This document shows, one piece after another, positions 9,990-19,293 of a DNA stretch of 64,000 nt. The notes beneath the pieces are model-generated. The model ran no database searches. It saw only the letters and a program-made list of their open reading frames with translations, and was not told the DNA's origin. This DNA is from an uncultured Candidatus Saccharibacteria bacterium (GTDB lineage Bacteria > Patescibacteriota > Minisyncoccia > Portnoybacterales > UBA2143), in NCBI GenBank assembly GCA_964403725.1, contig CAYOHI010000002.1, positions 21,644 through 85,643 on the forward strand, in the 5' to 3' direction. The position numbers were made by a program, and so were the translations under genes. Position 1 is the stretch's first letter. Each line of letters opens with the position of its first letter.

Positions 9990-11051
9990 ATGCCATTAAG
10001 TATAGGGATAGTTGGCTTGCCAAATGTCGGCAAGTCAACACTTTTCCAAACTTTAACTAAAAAACCAATAGACAGGGCAAATTACCCGTTTTGCACAATT
10101 GATCCCAATGTGGGCGTTGTTACCGTGCCTGATAAAAGGGTGAATGAATTAGCGAAACTAACCAAATCAGCCAAGAAAATATATACTACAATAGAATTTA
10201 TTGATATTGCCGGTCTTGTTGAAGGCGCTCATCAAGGAGAAGGATTAGGGAATAAATTCTTAGCAAACATTAGGGAAACTGATGCTATCCTCTATATCCT
10301 AAGAATTTTTAAAAATGAAAAAATTGTTAACAATCAGAATAAGATTGATCCTTTAGGAGCCAAGGAAACATTAGATACTGAAATGGCTTTGAAGGATTTA
10401 TCAACTTTGGAGAAAAGATTAGTATCACTTGAAAAAGAAGCTAAAAAATCCAAAGAAGCCCAGAAAGAAATGGAAGTTGTCAAAAGTGCTAAAGAAATAT
10501 TGGAAGAAGGGAAACTGCTTTGTGAAAACATTTCAGAAGATGATAGAGAAACATTAAGGCAATACCAGCTACTAACTTTAAAACCAAGACTATTCCTTCT
10601 AAACGGAAACAAGAATGAATTAACTGATGAAATTAAAGAAAAATTTAAAAAAAATAATTATCAGTATTTAACCTTAGACATCCTAAATGAATTTGAAGTA
10701 GATCAATTAAGCAAAGAAGAAAAAGATGATTTGGGAGTGACTAACGATTCAGGATTAGATTCTTTAATTAAAGAGTCATACAAGCTATTAAATCTAATTA
10801 CTTTTCTTACTACGGGGCCTGATGAAACAAGGGCCTGGACCATAGAGAAAGGAAGCACTGCACCTCAAGCTGGAGGTGTAATCCATACTGATTTTGAAAA
10901 AAACTTCATTAAAGCAGATGTCATTTCATATGAAGATTTAATTGAGTCAGGCAGTCTAGCCAAAGCCAGAGAAAAAGGATTGATTAGAATGGAAGGCAAG
11001 GAATATATTATTAAAGACGGTGATGTAATTGAAATTAAGCACGGAGCTTAA
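9990..11051 (+). CDS. ychF: ribosome-binding ATPase YchF
   Basis: GIVGLPNVGKST, ANYPFCTI, DIAGLV, GEGLGNKFL, RAWT, IHTDF, EGKEY. Confidence 0.97.
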   Translation: MPLSIGIVGLPNVGKSTLFQTLTKKPIDRANYPFCTIDPNVGVVTVPDKRVNELAKLTKSAKKIYTTIEFIDIAGLVEGAHQGEGLGNKFLANIRETDAILYILRIFKNEKIVNNQNKIDPLGAKETLDTEMALKDLSTLEKRLVSLEKEAKKSKEAQKEMEVVKSAKEILEEGKLLCENISEDDRETLRQYQLLTLKPRLFLLNGNKNELTDEIKEKFKKNNYQYLTLDILNEFEVDQLSKEEKDDLGVTNDSGLDSLIKESYKLLNLITFLTTGPDETRAWTIEKGSTAPQAGGVIHTDFEKNFIKADVISYEDLIESGSLAKAREKGLIRMEGKEYIIKDGDVIEIKHGA

Positions 11052-11054
11052 AAT

Positions 11055-11399
11055 ATGGCAAAAAAGATATCCAAAATTAAAGATGCCCAGCAATTAGTCA
11101 AAGATTTTGCCAAAAGGAATAAATGGAAAGATATTCCTAATTTAGATAAATTCGACCATTTGCATGAAGAATTAATTGAAATGTCACAGCATTTGAGATA
11201 CAAGAATGAAAAAGAAAGAAAGCAATTCATTAAAAAGAACAAAGAAATATTCATAGACGGACTAGGAGACCTATTCTTCGGAACATGTCGATTAGCCAAT
11301 CAATTAAACATTGATTTAGAAGAAGCATTTAATTTTGTTAAAGATGAGATATTAGAGAAATATGACCATCAAAAGAAAGAGAATAATATTGTAAAATAG
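11055..11399 (+). CDS. MazG-like nucleotide pyrophosphohydrolase
   Basis: LHEELIE...GLGD...LANQLNIDLEEAF pattern. Confidence 0.75.
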   Translation: MAKKISKIKDAQQLVKDFAKRNKWKDIPNLDKFDHLHEELIEMSQHLRYKNEKERKQFIKKNKEIFIDGLGDLFFGTCRLANQLNIDLEEAFNFVKDEILEKYDHQKKENNIVK

Positions 11400-11453
11400 G
11401 TTTAATTTAAGTTTGACAGAATAGTAATCATGTGCTATTCTTTTTTTATTGAA

Positions 11454-13286
11454 ATGAAGAAAATACTATCAATATTTCTAATATTGTCCCTGGGAGGGGC
11501 TTTTAGTTTTCCGGCAAATGCCTTTGACAAAAAGGAGGATTTCCCTAAAATTGCCAACTACTATCTCCAGCCTCTGGTTCCAAAGGACCATTATGATGAT
11601 TTGGCTAAGTATGACCTATTAATCCTAGATGTAGACACCCAGACAATTGACACAAGCTTGTTTTCCCAAATTAAGCATTTAAATCCAGAAACCCAATTCT
11701 TAGCATACATCCCAAGCCAAAGCGTTAATACCCAAGATTTAAGTTCCTGGGCCAGATTCAGGAATATGACAAATGATAAAGTTAATCAAGAAAATTGGTG
11801 GCTCAGAGACAGTTCTGGAAACGTTGTTGGACTAGGAGAACCTTGGCCAACAATTAAATTTGTTGACCCAGGCAAAGGCTGGGCAGGTTATTTATCAGAT
11901 TTAGCTAAAAACGACGTGGCTAACAGGGATATTTGGGATGGCATATTCTACGATATGGTCTTTGCCAATATTGATTGGCTAAATAGCGGAGATATCGATA
12001 TTGACCAAGATGGGCAAAAAGATGATCCAAATTCAATCAATCAATACTGGCAAACGCACATCCAAGATCTATTAGATAAGACAAGTTCCAAGGTCAATAA
12101 AGTCATATTAATTAATCTAGATAAAATCAATAGTTATGAAAGTAATTTAGACGGATTTTTAATGGAGAATCTGCCAAGTCCTCATTTGGCAAGTAATTGG
12201 CCTGATTTAATTAATTACTATTTAAACAACCATTTTTCAAAGATAAAGATTATTAATGCTAATACGAATAACGCTGGTCATATGGGAAATTACCAGAAAA
12301 TGAGGTTTGGTTTGACCAGTACGCTTTTAGGAAACGGATATTATTCTTTCGATTTCGGAGATCAGAATCATGGCCAAGTCTGGTGGTATGATGAATACAA
12401 CATTAATCTAGGCAAAGCCATTTCAAATCCAGTCAATCTATTGGATCAGAATAATTCAGAAATTAAGCCAGGACTATGGCGAAGAGATTTTGAACAAGGA
12501 ATTTCTTTAATCAATTCAACAGGCCAAAAACAAACTTACGTTTTCCAAAACGAGCAATTTGAAAAAATTAACGGAACCCAGGACAGAAGAGTAAACAACG
12601 GGACTAAAATTAATTTGGTTACCATAGATTCAAACGATGGAATTGTCTTGCTAAAGACAAATCAGGAAATTAGGAATAGCGATTTCAAAAACGGAAGCTT
12701 TGTCAGAGTTTTTAACAAAGAAGGCCAACAGACCCAAAACGGATTCTTTGCCTTTAAAAGCCAGTTTCCAGGCAATGTTCAAATCTTAGTGACTGATCTG
12801 GATAATGACAATCAGGATGAAACATTGGTCAATGGCAATGGAATAATTTCAATTTACAAAAACGATAGAAAAATTAAAGAATTCAAGCCATACGATTTTG
12901 AAGGCGATGTTTTTGTTTCTGTTGGTGATATAGATGGTAATGGAACAAATGAAATTGTAACTGGCGTGGGTTTGGGTGGCGGACCACATGTAAAGATTTT
13001 AAATCAAAACGGAGAAACCATTAACGAATTCATGGCCTATGACGAGAGATTTCGAGGCGGAGTGAATTTATCTCTGGGAGACGTTAATGATGACGGATAC
13101 GATGAAATCATTACCGGAGCTGGGCCAACCGGCGGACCGCATGTCAAAGTATTCAACAGATACAACACAGTCTTAAACGAATTCATGGCATATGATGAGA
13201 ATAACAGGGATGGTATAATGATTATGAGTGATGATTTGGATAATGATAATATAAATGAAATTTTAGTTGGAATAATTAATTTTTAA
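11454..13286 (+). CDS. secreted putative glycoside hydrolase (TIM-barrel) with C-terminal FG-GAP/VCBS-like repeats
   Basis: Signal peptide ending ANA; YDLLILD, WDGIFYD, MEN, WWYDEY, WRRDFEQG; repeated GDxDGDGxxEI and GGGPHVK. Confidence 0.7.
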   Translation: MKKILSIFLILSLGGAFSFPANAFDKKEDFPKIANYYLQPLVPKDHYDDLAKYDLLILDVDTQTIDTSLFSQIKHLNPETQFLAYIPSQSVNTQDLSSWARFRNMTNDKVNQENWWLRDSSGNVVGLGEPWPTIKFVDPGKGWAGYLSDLAKNDVANRDIWDGIFYDMVFANIDWLNSGDIDIDQDGQKDDPNSINQYWQTHIQDLLDKTSSKVNKVILINLDKINSYESNLDGFLMENLPSPHLASNWPDLINYYLNNHFSKIKIINANTNNAGHMGNYQKMRFGLTSTLLGNGYYSFDFGDQNHGQVWWYDEYNINLGKAISNPVNLLDQNNSEIKPGLWRRDFEQGISLINSTGQKQTYVFQNEQFEKINGTQDRRVNNGTKINLVTIDSNDGIVLLKTNQEIRNSDFKNGSFVRVFNKEGQQTQNGFFAFKSQFPGNVQILVTDLDNDNQDETLVNGNGIISIYKNDRKIKEFKPYDFEGDVFVSVGDIDGNGTNEIVTGVGLGGGPHVKILNQNGETINEFMAYDERFRGGVNLSLGDVNDDGYDEIITGAGPTGGPHVKVFNRYNTVLNEFMAYDENNRDGIMIMSDDLDNDNINEILVGIINF

Positions 13287-13290
13287 AAAT

Positions 13291-13986
13291 ATGACAAAAA
13301 AATACAACAAAAACTATTGTGTCTTTCTAGCTTTCATCACCATTATTGCCATGGGACTTGTTTGGTATTACAGCCAGGCAACAGTTGATGAGCTTAATAT
13401 GCTAACTGGCAATATTAGCAGTCTTGTTATTGAGAAAAAAGACAAGCCAGCAGATGATCCGAAAGATAAAAACAATCTAGAAGAAGAATTTACCTGCAGC
13501 CAACCAGTCTTAAAGGTAAATTCAGCCGGATATTACTATGGACCCCAAGGAGACCAACTAGGGGTTGGTCCTTTGCCGCCCAAAGCTGGAGTTCAAACCA
13601 GCTATTGGGTTTTCTGGGAAATTTCAGATTTAAACGAAGATTTGGAAAACTTTGAAATTACAGCCCAATTACCAGACAGAGTTGTTTGGAATAATAAAAA
13701 AACTGCTTTAGCTGGTAGTCTGCAGTATGGCGAGATAACCAGAAAAGTAATCTGGACAGCTGATGAGGTTAATAAGAAAGGAACTTACAAAGTTGGATTT
13801 GAAATTGGCTTGATTCCAGAAAATGAAGATATAGGCAAAATCCTAAATCTATTGACTAATATCAAATACAATGGTATAGATAAGAGTTGTGGTGAAAAAG
13901 TTAGCGGTAATTTAGCTAATATCACTACAGATTTAAAAGAAGATAAGCTGGGAGGCAATAAAGGAACAGTTGTTCCTTTTGAGTGA
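13291..13986 (+). CDS. membrane-anchored hypothetical protein
   Basis: N-terminal TM helix; beta-rich domain (GPLPPKAG...YWVFWEI). Confidence 0.7.
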   Translation: MTKKYNKNYCVFLAFITIIAMGLVWYYSQATVDELNMLTGNISSLVIEKKDKPADDPKDKNNLEEEFTCSQPVLKVNSAGYYYGPQGDQLGVGPLPPKAGVQTSYWVFWEISDLNEDLENFEITAQLPDRVVWNNKKTALAGSLQYGEITRKVIWTADEVNKKGTYKVGFEIGLIPENEDIGKILNLLTNIKYNGIDKSCGEKVSGNLANITTDLKEDKLGGNKGTVVPFE

Positions 13987-14037
13987 TAGTTGGTAAGAAT
14001 GATTCGTTTTTCGCAACACTAACTAAAGGGGGTAGTG

Positions 14038-14214
14038 ATGGCAGGAAAATGTGAAGGCGGATGTCCGTATTGCAGCGACGAAGAGAGATGTCCGACCAAA
14101 GAGGAGTTGGGCAGTTGCTGTAATCTTTCGGCAAAACGGCAGTGTTGTAGCGGCGACCAGAAAGAGGGTTGCTGTGGCGGCCAAAACTGTGGCGGAGGCG
14201 GCTGCTCGAAATAA
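14038..14214 (+). CDS. 58-aa Cys-rich metallothionein-like peptide, not in ORF track
   Basis: AAAGGGGG SD; MAGKCEGGCPYCSDEERCPTKEELGSCCNLSAKRQCCSGDQKEGCCGGQNCGGGGCSK with 12 Cys; strong terminator follows. Confidence 0.7.
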   Translation: MAGKCEGGCPYCSDEERCPTKEELGSCCNLSAKRQCCSGDQKEGCCGGQNCGGGGCSK

Positions 14215-14236
14215 GAGTAGCCAGTAAAACGGCATA

Positions 14237-14270
14237 AAAAGCGGCAGGGTATCCAAGACCCTGCCGTTTT
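14237..14270 (+). terminator. intrinsic terminator
   Basis: GCGGCAGGGT-ATCCAAG-ACCCTGCCGT followed by TTT. Confidence 0.8.
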
Positions 14271-14309
14271 CCTTGCTTAATAAATTTTTTTAAGATAACA
14301 TAATTCTAG

Positions 14310-15848
14310 ATGCTAACCAAAGACCAATACTATTTAAAATTAGGCAAAGCACCTGATTTGAAAGATTCTAAAGAGCGATTCATTTATCGTTTCTTTGAAA
14401 TTATACCTGGCACTCTAGCTTGGGCTACGATTCTAGGCGTGATTTTCTTTTCTTGGTATAGGCCAGTTTGGGTGGCTTTTTTCATTATTGCTTTTGACGT
14501 TTACTGGGTCCTGAAAACCATATATTTCTCAGTCCATCTGAGAGCCAGTTACAAGCAGATGAAGAAGAATATGAAGATTGATTGGTTTAGTAAAGTCAAA
14601 GAACAAAAAGACTGGCAAAGAATTCATCACCTATTAATCCTTCCTTTTTACAAAGAGCCATATGATGTGATTGCAAAAACATTACAAGCTTTAGTTGATT
14701 CTGATTATCCAAAAGACAAAATGATTGTTGTCCTGGGAGCTGAAGAAAGAGTTGGAAAACCAGCTCAAGAAATTTTAAAAAAAGCAGAAAAAGAATTTGG
14801 CCATAAATTTTTTAAATTCTTAGGGACAACGCATATTTTAAAAGAGGGTGAAATGGCTGCCAAAGGAGCGAACAGTACATGGGCAATCAGACAAGTCAAA
14901 AGAGAGATTATTGATCCTTTGAAAATCTCATATGAAGATATTGTTGTCTCATGCGGCGATGTTGATACTGTATTTTTACCTAAGTATTTTTCAATATTAA
15001 CTTATCACTATTTGACAGTTGATAAGCCAACCAGAACTGGTTATCAGCCAATTCCTGTTTTTAATAATAATATTTGGCAAACATCATGCTTTTCCAGAGT
15101 AGTGGCTACTTCAGGAACTTTCTGGCAAATGATTCAGCAAATGAGACCAGAAAGATTATCTAGTTTCTCTTCTCAATCATTGAGCTTCAAGACCTTGGTT
15201 GACGTTGATTTCTGGCCAGTTAACATGGTTTCAGAAGATTCAAGAATATTCTGGCAGAATCTACTTTACTATGATGGAGATTATAAAGTGGTTCCTTTGT
15301 ATTATCCTGTTTCAATGGATGCTAACTTAGCTGACAACTTTTGGCAAACTTCAGCCAATGTCTACAGACAGCAGAAACGCTGGGGTTGGGGAGTAGAGAA
15401 TATCCCATATTTACTATTTGGATTTTTAAAAAACAAGAAAATTTCTAAAAAAATTAAATGGCATTGGACTTGGGTCCAATTTGAAGGATTTTGGTCTTGG
15501 GCAACCAATGCCTTATTAATATTCATGCTTGGTTGGCTACCACTGTATTTGGGCGGAGATTGGTTCAATGCCACAATCCTTTCATACAATTTGCCGTTTA
15601 TAACCAGGACCTTGATGAACATCGCTATGATCGGCTTGATTGGCTCAGCAATCTATTCAACTTTACTTTTGCCAAAAAGACCAAAGGATTTTGGAATTTT
15701 AAAGCATTTAGGAATGGTTATCCAGTGGATATTAGTGCCTTTCACTATTCTGATCTTTGGGGCCATTCCAGGACTAGAAGCCCAGACTAGACTGTTACTA
15801 GGGAAATATATGGGTTTTTGGGTAACGCCTAAGAAGCATAAAAAGTAG
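14310..15848 (+). CDS. membrane glycosyltransferase family 2
   Basis: PFYKE, KGAN, DVD, SED, QQKRWGWG (QxxRW) and multiple TM helices. Confidence 0.9.
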   Translation: MLTKDQYYLKLGKAPDLKDSKERFIYRFFEIIPGTLAWATILGVIFFSWYRPVWVAFFIIAFDVYWVLKTIYFSVHLRASYKQMKKNMKIDWFSKVKEQKDWQRIHHLLILPFYKEPYDVIAKTLQALVDSDYPKDKMIVVLGAEERVGKPAQEILKKAEKEFGHKFFKFLGTTHILKEGEMAAKGANSTWAIRQVKREIIDPLKISYEDIVVSCGDVDTVFLPKYFSILTYHYLTVDKPTRTGYQPIPVFNNNIWQTSCFSRVVATSGTFWQMIQQMRPERLSSFSSQSLSFKTLVDVDFWPVNMVSEDSRIFWQNLLYYDGDYKVVPLYYPVSMDANLADNFWQTSANVYRQQKRWGWGVENIPYLLFGFLKNKKISKKIKWHWTWVQFEGFWSWATNALLIFMLGWLPLYLGGDWFNATILSYNLPFITRTLMNIAMIGLIGSAIYSTLLLPKRPKDFGILKHLGMVIQWILVPFTILIFGAIPGLEAQTRLLLGKYMGFWVTPKKHKK

Positions 15849-15986
15849 AAAGGCCGCATCCATTTGGATACGACCTTCTTGGTGAGTCTCTGTCCGTACA
15901 GAGACTTTTATTTTTTGTGGGGTTCGACTCGCTACTATTGAATCGCTCTCGAGAAAGAACAAAAATTCATTAGCAGCGAGCGAACC
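15843..15986 (-). ncRNA. putative structured small RNA (three hairpins), family unknown
   Basis: Three stems whose mismatches become G-U pairs only on the minus strand; sigma70-like promoter 7 nt upstream; last stem followed by U-rich tail. Confidence 0.5.
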
Positions 15987-15993
15987 ATTTTCA

Positions 15994-16021
15994 ATGATAC
16001 TCATTTTTTTTATTTAGTCAA
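15994..16021 (-). promoter_or_regulatory. sigma70-like promoter for the putative ncRNA
   Basis: Minus strand TTGACT-N16-TATCAT. Confidence 0.55.
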
Positions 16022-16027
16022 GGATTT

Positions 16028-16058
16028 AAAAAGCCGGAAACACTAAGTTTCCGGCTTT
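16028..16058 (-). terminator. intrinsic terminator after the TraR/DksA-like gene
   Basis: AAAGCCGGAAAC-ACTAA-GTTTCCGGCTTT perfect inverted repeat. Confidence 0.75.
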
Positions 16059-16116
16059 GTTGATTTTAATTTGACGACTAGGTGTCTCGAGAGCTTGCGC
16101 TCACCTAGTCGTGAAA

Positions 16117-16506
16117 TTAAGATAGAGGTTGGCAGAACTTCCTGAATTTGTACAGGGGTTCTGCGGTTTCGGCACAGGTCGTGCAATGCATTGTTTGCGG
16201 TACTTGCCTCAATCTAGGCGTGGGGATCTCGTCTTCGCAGACAATGCAGATGCCATATCGGCCTTCTTTTATTGCTCGAATAGCGTGACTGAAGGCGCAT
16301 AGTAGAGCATTTAGGCTTTGAATGCGAGCCGATGAAACATGAGAAACGAGCGAACAATTGTTTTCGGGTTTGCAATCCCGATCAGGTACCCGTAATTCCT
16401 GTTTCGCTTCTTCTAGTTTCTTTCGATAAAATCCCTGGACTGTCTCTAAAAAATCAATACTAGGTCTTCCAGGGTACCTTGCCTTAATTACTTCCAACGA
16501 ATCCAT
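16117..16506 (-). CDS. TraR/DksA C4-type zinc-finger protein
   Basis: AIRAIKEGRYGICIVCEDEIPTPRLRQVPQTMHCTTC; GAGGT SD. Confidence 0.8.
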   Translation of the reverse strand: MDSLEVIKARYPGRPSIDFLETVQGFYRKKLEEAKQELRVPDRDCKPENNCSLVSHVSSARIQSLNALLCAFSHAIRAIKEGRYGICIVCEDEIPTPRLRQVPQTMHCTTCAETAEPLYKFRKFCQPLS

Positions 16507-16550
16507 GTATTACCTCTCTAATATGGGGTTAATAAAACGTACTAATATAT

Positions 16551-16578
16551 ATTATACACAAAATACAGAATTTGTCAA
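16551..16578 (-). promoter_or_regulatory. consensus sigma70 promoter for the TraR/DksA-like gene
   Basis: Minus strand TTGACA-N16-TATAAT. Confidence 0.7.
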
Positions 16579-16580
16579 TG

Positions 16581-18665
16581 TTATTCCAAATGAATGTCTT
16601 GATGGAAATTTTCAATTCTTTTCTCCATGTCAGGATTGATCATCTCATTCTCAATTACCAAATTAGCAGCCTGTCTGCTTTTTTTAATTAATTCCAAATC
16701 ATCTAAAGAAGCCATGGCTAAATCAGGTAATCCCCACTGTCTAGTGCCGATAAAATTGCCAGGACCTCTTAATTTCAAATCTTTTTCTGCTAATTCAAAG
16801 CCATCTTTAGCTTTAATTATGGCTTTTAATCTCTCGTCGGTCTTTTGGGTCTCTGAATCGGTGAAAAGGAAGCAATATGACTGGTGTTTGCCTCTGCCAA
16901 TTCTGCCTCTGAATTGATGCAGCTGGGAAAGGCCAAATCTGTCAGCTCCTTCAATAATCATAACTGTCGCATTAGGTATATCAACGCCAACTTCAATGAC
17001 TGAAGTTGAAACCAAAATATCTGTTTTGCCATCTTTGAAATCTTTCATTATTTTTTCTTTTTCTTTTGGCTTTAATTTCCCATGAAGCATGTCTGTCTGA
17101 AAATGCGGGAAGATTTCTTTGGAAAGCATTTCATGCTCTTGAGAAACTGATTTAACATCTAATTTTTCTGATTCGTCAATTAAAGGACAAATGACAAAAA
17201 CTTGCCTTTTCTTCTTAATTTGCTTGGTTATGAAATCATATGCTTCTTGTCTTTTGTCCGGGGTAACTAGTTCAGTAATGATTTTCTGCCTTCCTTTGGG
17301 CAATTCTTTGATTAAAGAAATATCAAGATCGCCATAAATTGTCAAAGCCAGAGTCCTGGGAATTGGCGTAGCAGTCATTGATAAAAGATGAGGGATAGTT
17401 GGCAGGCCGTCTTCCATATTGTATATCTTTTTCTGCAAAGCTGCTCTTTGGGCAACGCCAAATCTGTGCTGTTCATCAATGATGGCCAGGGCTAAGTTTT
17501 TAAAAGACATATTCTCTTGAATCAAGGCATGGGTGCCAATGATAATATCTACATTTCCATTCAATATTTCTTTTTTTAATTGAGGTTTAGTGATTTTTTC
17601 CTTACTGCTAATATCCTTATCTGTTCCAGTTAAAAGACCAACAGTTAATTTTTGTTTTTTTAAGAAATTAACAAAGCTCTCATAATGCTGCCTAGCCAAT
17701 ATTTCAGTTGGCGCCATCAGGGCCACCTGGTACCCGGCTTTAGCGGTCTCTAAAGCAGCCATCAGGGCAACGATGGTTTTGCCTGATCCGACATCGCCGT
17801 TCATTAATCTGTTCATGGGCTGGTTTTTAGACATGTCCTGGAATATTTCCCAAGCAGCCAGACGCTGGTCATTAGTTAATTTAAAAGGCAAGCTTTTGAC
17901 AAAAGATTTAATTAATTTTTGATTAAATTCAACACTGATTGATTTTTCTTTGTTGTATCTTCTCTTTTGCAAAAGAGTTGTTAATTGAATTAAAAAAAGC
18001 TCGTCAAAGCTCAATCTTTGGCGGGCTTTCTGGGCAAAGGAAAGATTTTCAGGGAAATGAATTTGCTTAATGGCTTCGCTTAAGTTCAATAATTCAAATT
18101 TCTTCTTAATCCCATCGGGTAAAAAATCCGTAAAATGATCTGTTAAATAGGTGATGGGCTTAATGATGTATCTAATGTATCTAGAGCTTAATCCTTCTGT
18201 TTCGTGATAGACGGGAACCAAGCGACCGGTATGAACTGTGTCTAATTTAGCTAATTCATAGGCGGGATTAGACAGACAAAGAGTTTTTTTAGAAAAAGTA
18301 AGTTTGCCTGAAAGGCTAATGACTCTTCCTTTTTTTAGACTCTGGGTTAAGTATGGCTGGTTATACCAGACAACTTTAATACTGCCAGTGTCATCTTTAA
18401 TTAAAGCTTCAGTTAGAATTAATTTTCTCTTTATTCTCTGATAGGGAATCCTAATATTCTTAATATCTACAATTTCTCCCTGGACGGTTGCTTTTTGGCC
18501 TTCTTTTAACTGACTAATGGGAACAGTTTGTGAAAAATCCTCATAGCGGTGGGGAAAATGAAAAAATAGGTCCCGGACGCTTTTGATATTAAGCTTATGC
18601 AGCTTTTTCAAATATGCGGGACCTACTTTGGAAATATCTTCAATTTTTGATGATAATGATAACAT
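16581..18665 (-). CDS. recG: ATP-dependent DNA helicase RecG
   Basis: GDVGSGKT, APTEILA, DEQHRFG, MTATPIPRT, RFGLSQLHQFRGR, DLKLRGPG; start moved to 18665 because the track extension lies inside a tRNA. Confidence 0.96.
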   Translation of the reverse strand: MLSLSSKIEDISKVGPAYLKKLHKLNIKSVRDLFFHFPHRYEDFSQTVPISQLKEGQKATVQGEIVDIKNIRIPYQRIKRKLILTEALIKDDTGSIKVVWYNQPYLTQSLKKGRVISLSGKLTFSKKTLCLSNPAYELAKLDTVHTGRLVPVYHETEGLSSRYIRYIIKPITYLTDHFTDFLPDGIKKKFELLNLSEAIKQIHFPENLSFAQKARQRLSFDELFLIQLTTLLQKRRYNKEKSISVEFNQKLIKSFVKSLPFKLTNDQRLAAWEIFQDMSKNQPMNRLMNGDVGSGKTIVALMAALETAKAGYQVALMAPTEILARQHYESFVNFLKKQKLTVGLLTGTDKDISSKEKITKPQLKKEILNGNVDIIIGTHALIQENMSFKNLALAIIDEQHRFGVAQRAALQKKIYNMEDGLPTIPHLLSMTATPIPRTLALTIYGDLDISLIKELPKGRQKIITELVTPDKRQEAYDFITKQIKKKRQVFVICPLIDESEKLDVKSVSQEHEMLSKEIFPHFQTDMLHGKLKPKEKEKIMKDFKDGKTDILVSTSVIEVGVDIPNATVMIIEGADRFGLSQLHQFRGRIGRGKHQSYCFLFTDSETQKTDERLKAIIKAKDGFELAEKDLKLRGPGNFIGTRQWGLPDLAMASLDDLELIKKSRQAANLVIENEMINPDMEKRIENFHQDIHLE

Positions 18666-18743
18666 TGGCGTCCTCGGAGGGACTCGAACCCCCGGCCTCT
18701 GGAACCGCAATCCAGCGCTCTAATCCGGCTGAGCTACGAGGAC
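18666..18743 (-). tRNA. tRNA-Arg (GCG)
   Basis: Minus strand GTCCTCGTAGCTCAG...CTGGA-TTGCGGT-TCCAG...GGTTCGAGTCC...CGAGGACGCCA. Confidence 0.93.
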
Positions 18744-19292
18744 TTATAACTTTATGACGATAACCATTTCTCCTGGTGCTGTTCCCCAGCTTAACCCATC
18801 ACCGCGAATAAATCCAGTACTTAGATTCCCGTCATCTGCCATTTCATCTATTCTCAACATCGATTCGGATGGGATAACGCCCTGATTATTAGATGAGCTT
18901 GTTCCAGGCCGATCATCATCAAAAACAATTCCTAATTCATTGCCTGGGATTCCATCCCAATCGGCAACTGATAATCCCGTGTGTCCTGTCCAAGGATGAG
19001 TTGAATCATATATTTGATGATATGGCCCTGCCCAACCGGTTATTCCCAAGGCGTTAAGAAAGGGATCGGTTGATTCAGTGCAATCTAATCTGCAATTTGG
19101 GGGATATTGATTAGTATCATCAAGATAAAGCGCAGTGGCTTTAGTGATTTCTCTAATTTGGGCAACTGCTTTTGATATTCTTGCTTTTTCTCTGGCAGTA
19201 TTAAGGCTTACTAAGACAATAGTCGCTAAAAGACCAATTATAGCGATAACTACTAAGAGTTCTATTAAAGTAAAGCCTTTGTTAATCTTCAT
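18744..19292 (-). CDS. type IV prepilin / GspG-like pilin (orphan)
   Basis: KG|FTLIELLVVIAIIGLLA N-methylation motif. Confidence 0.9.
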   Translation of the reverse strand: MKINKGFTLIELLVVIAIIGLLATIVLVSLNTAREKARISKAVAQIREITKATALYLDDTNQYPPNCRLDCTESTDPFLNALGITGWAGPYHQIYDSTHPWTGHTGLSVADWDGIPGNELGIVFDDDRPGTSSSNNQGVIPSESMLRIDEMADDGNLSTGFIRGDGLSWGTAPGEMVIVIKL

Positions 19293-19293
19293 T

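Noticed and set aside
14023-14256. Minus-strand 77-aa Ala-rich ORF (and 13925..14134)
   Set aside because: Shadow of the plus-strand Cys-rich gene, which has the SD and terminator.
15798-16004. 68-aa minus-strand ORF
   Set aside because: Start lies within the predicted promoter spacer, no SD, overlaps the GT2 3' end; RNA structure explains the region better.
18666-18710. N-terminal extension of RecG in the ORF track (MRFQRPGV...)
   Set aside because: Lies inside tRNA-Arg; RecG-like sequence starts at 18665.
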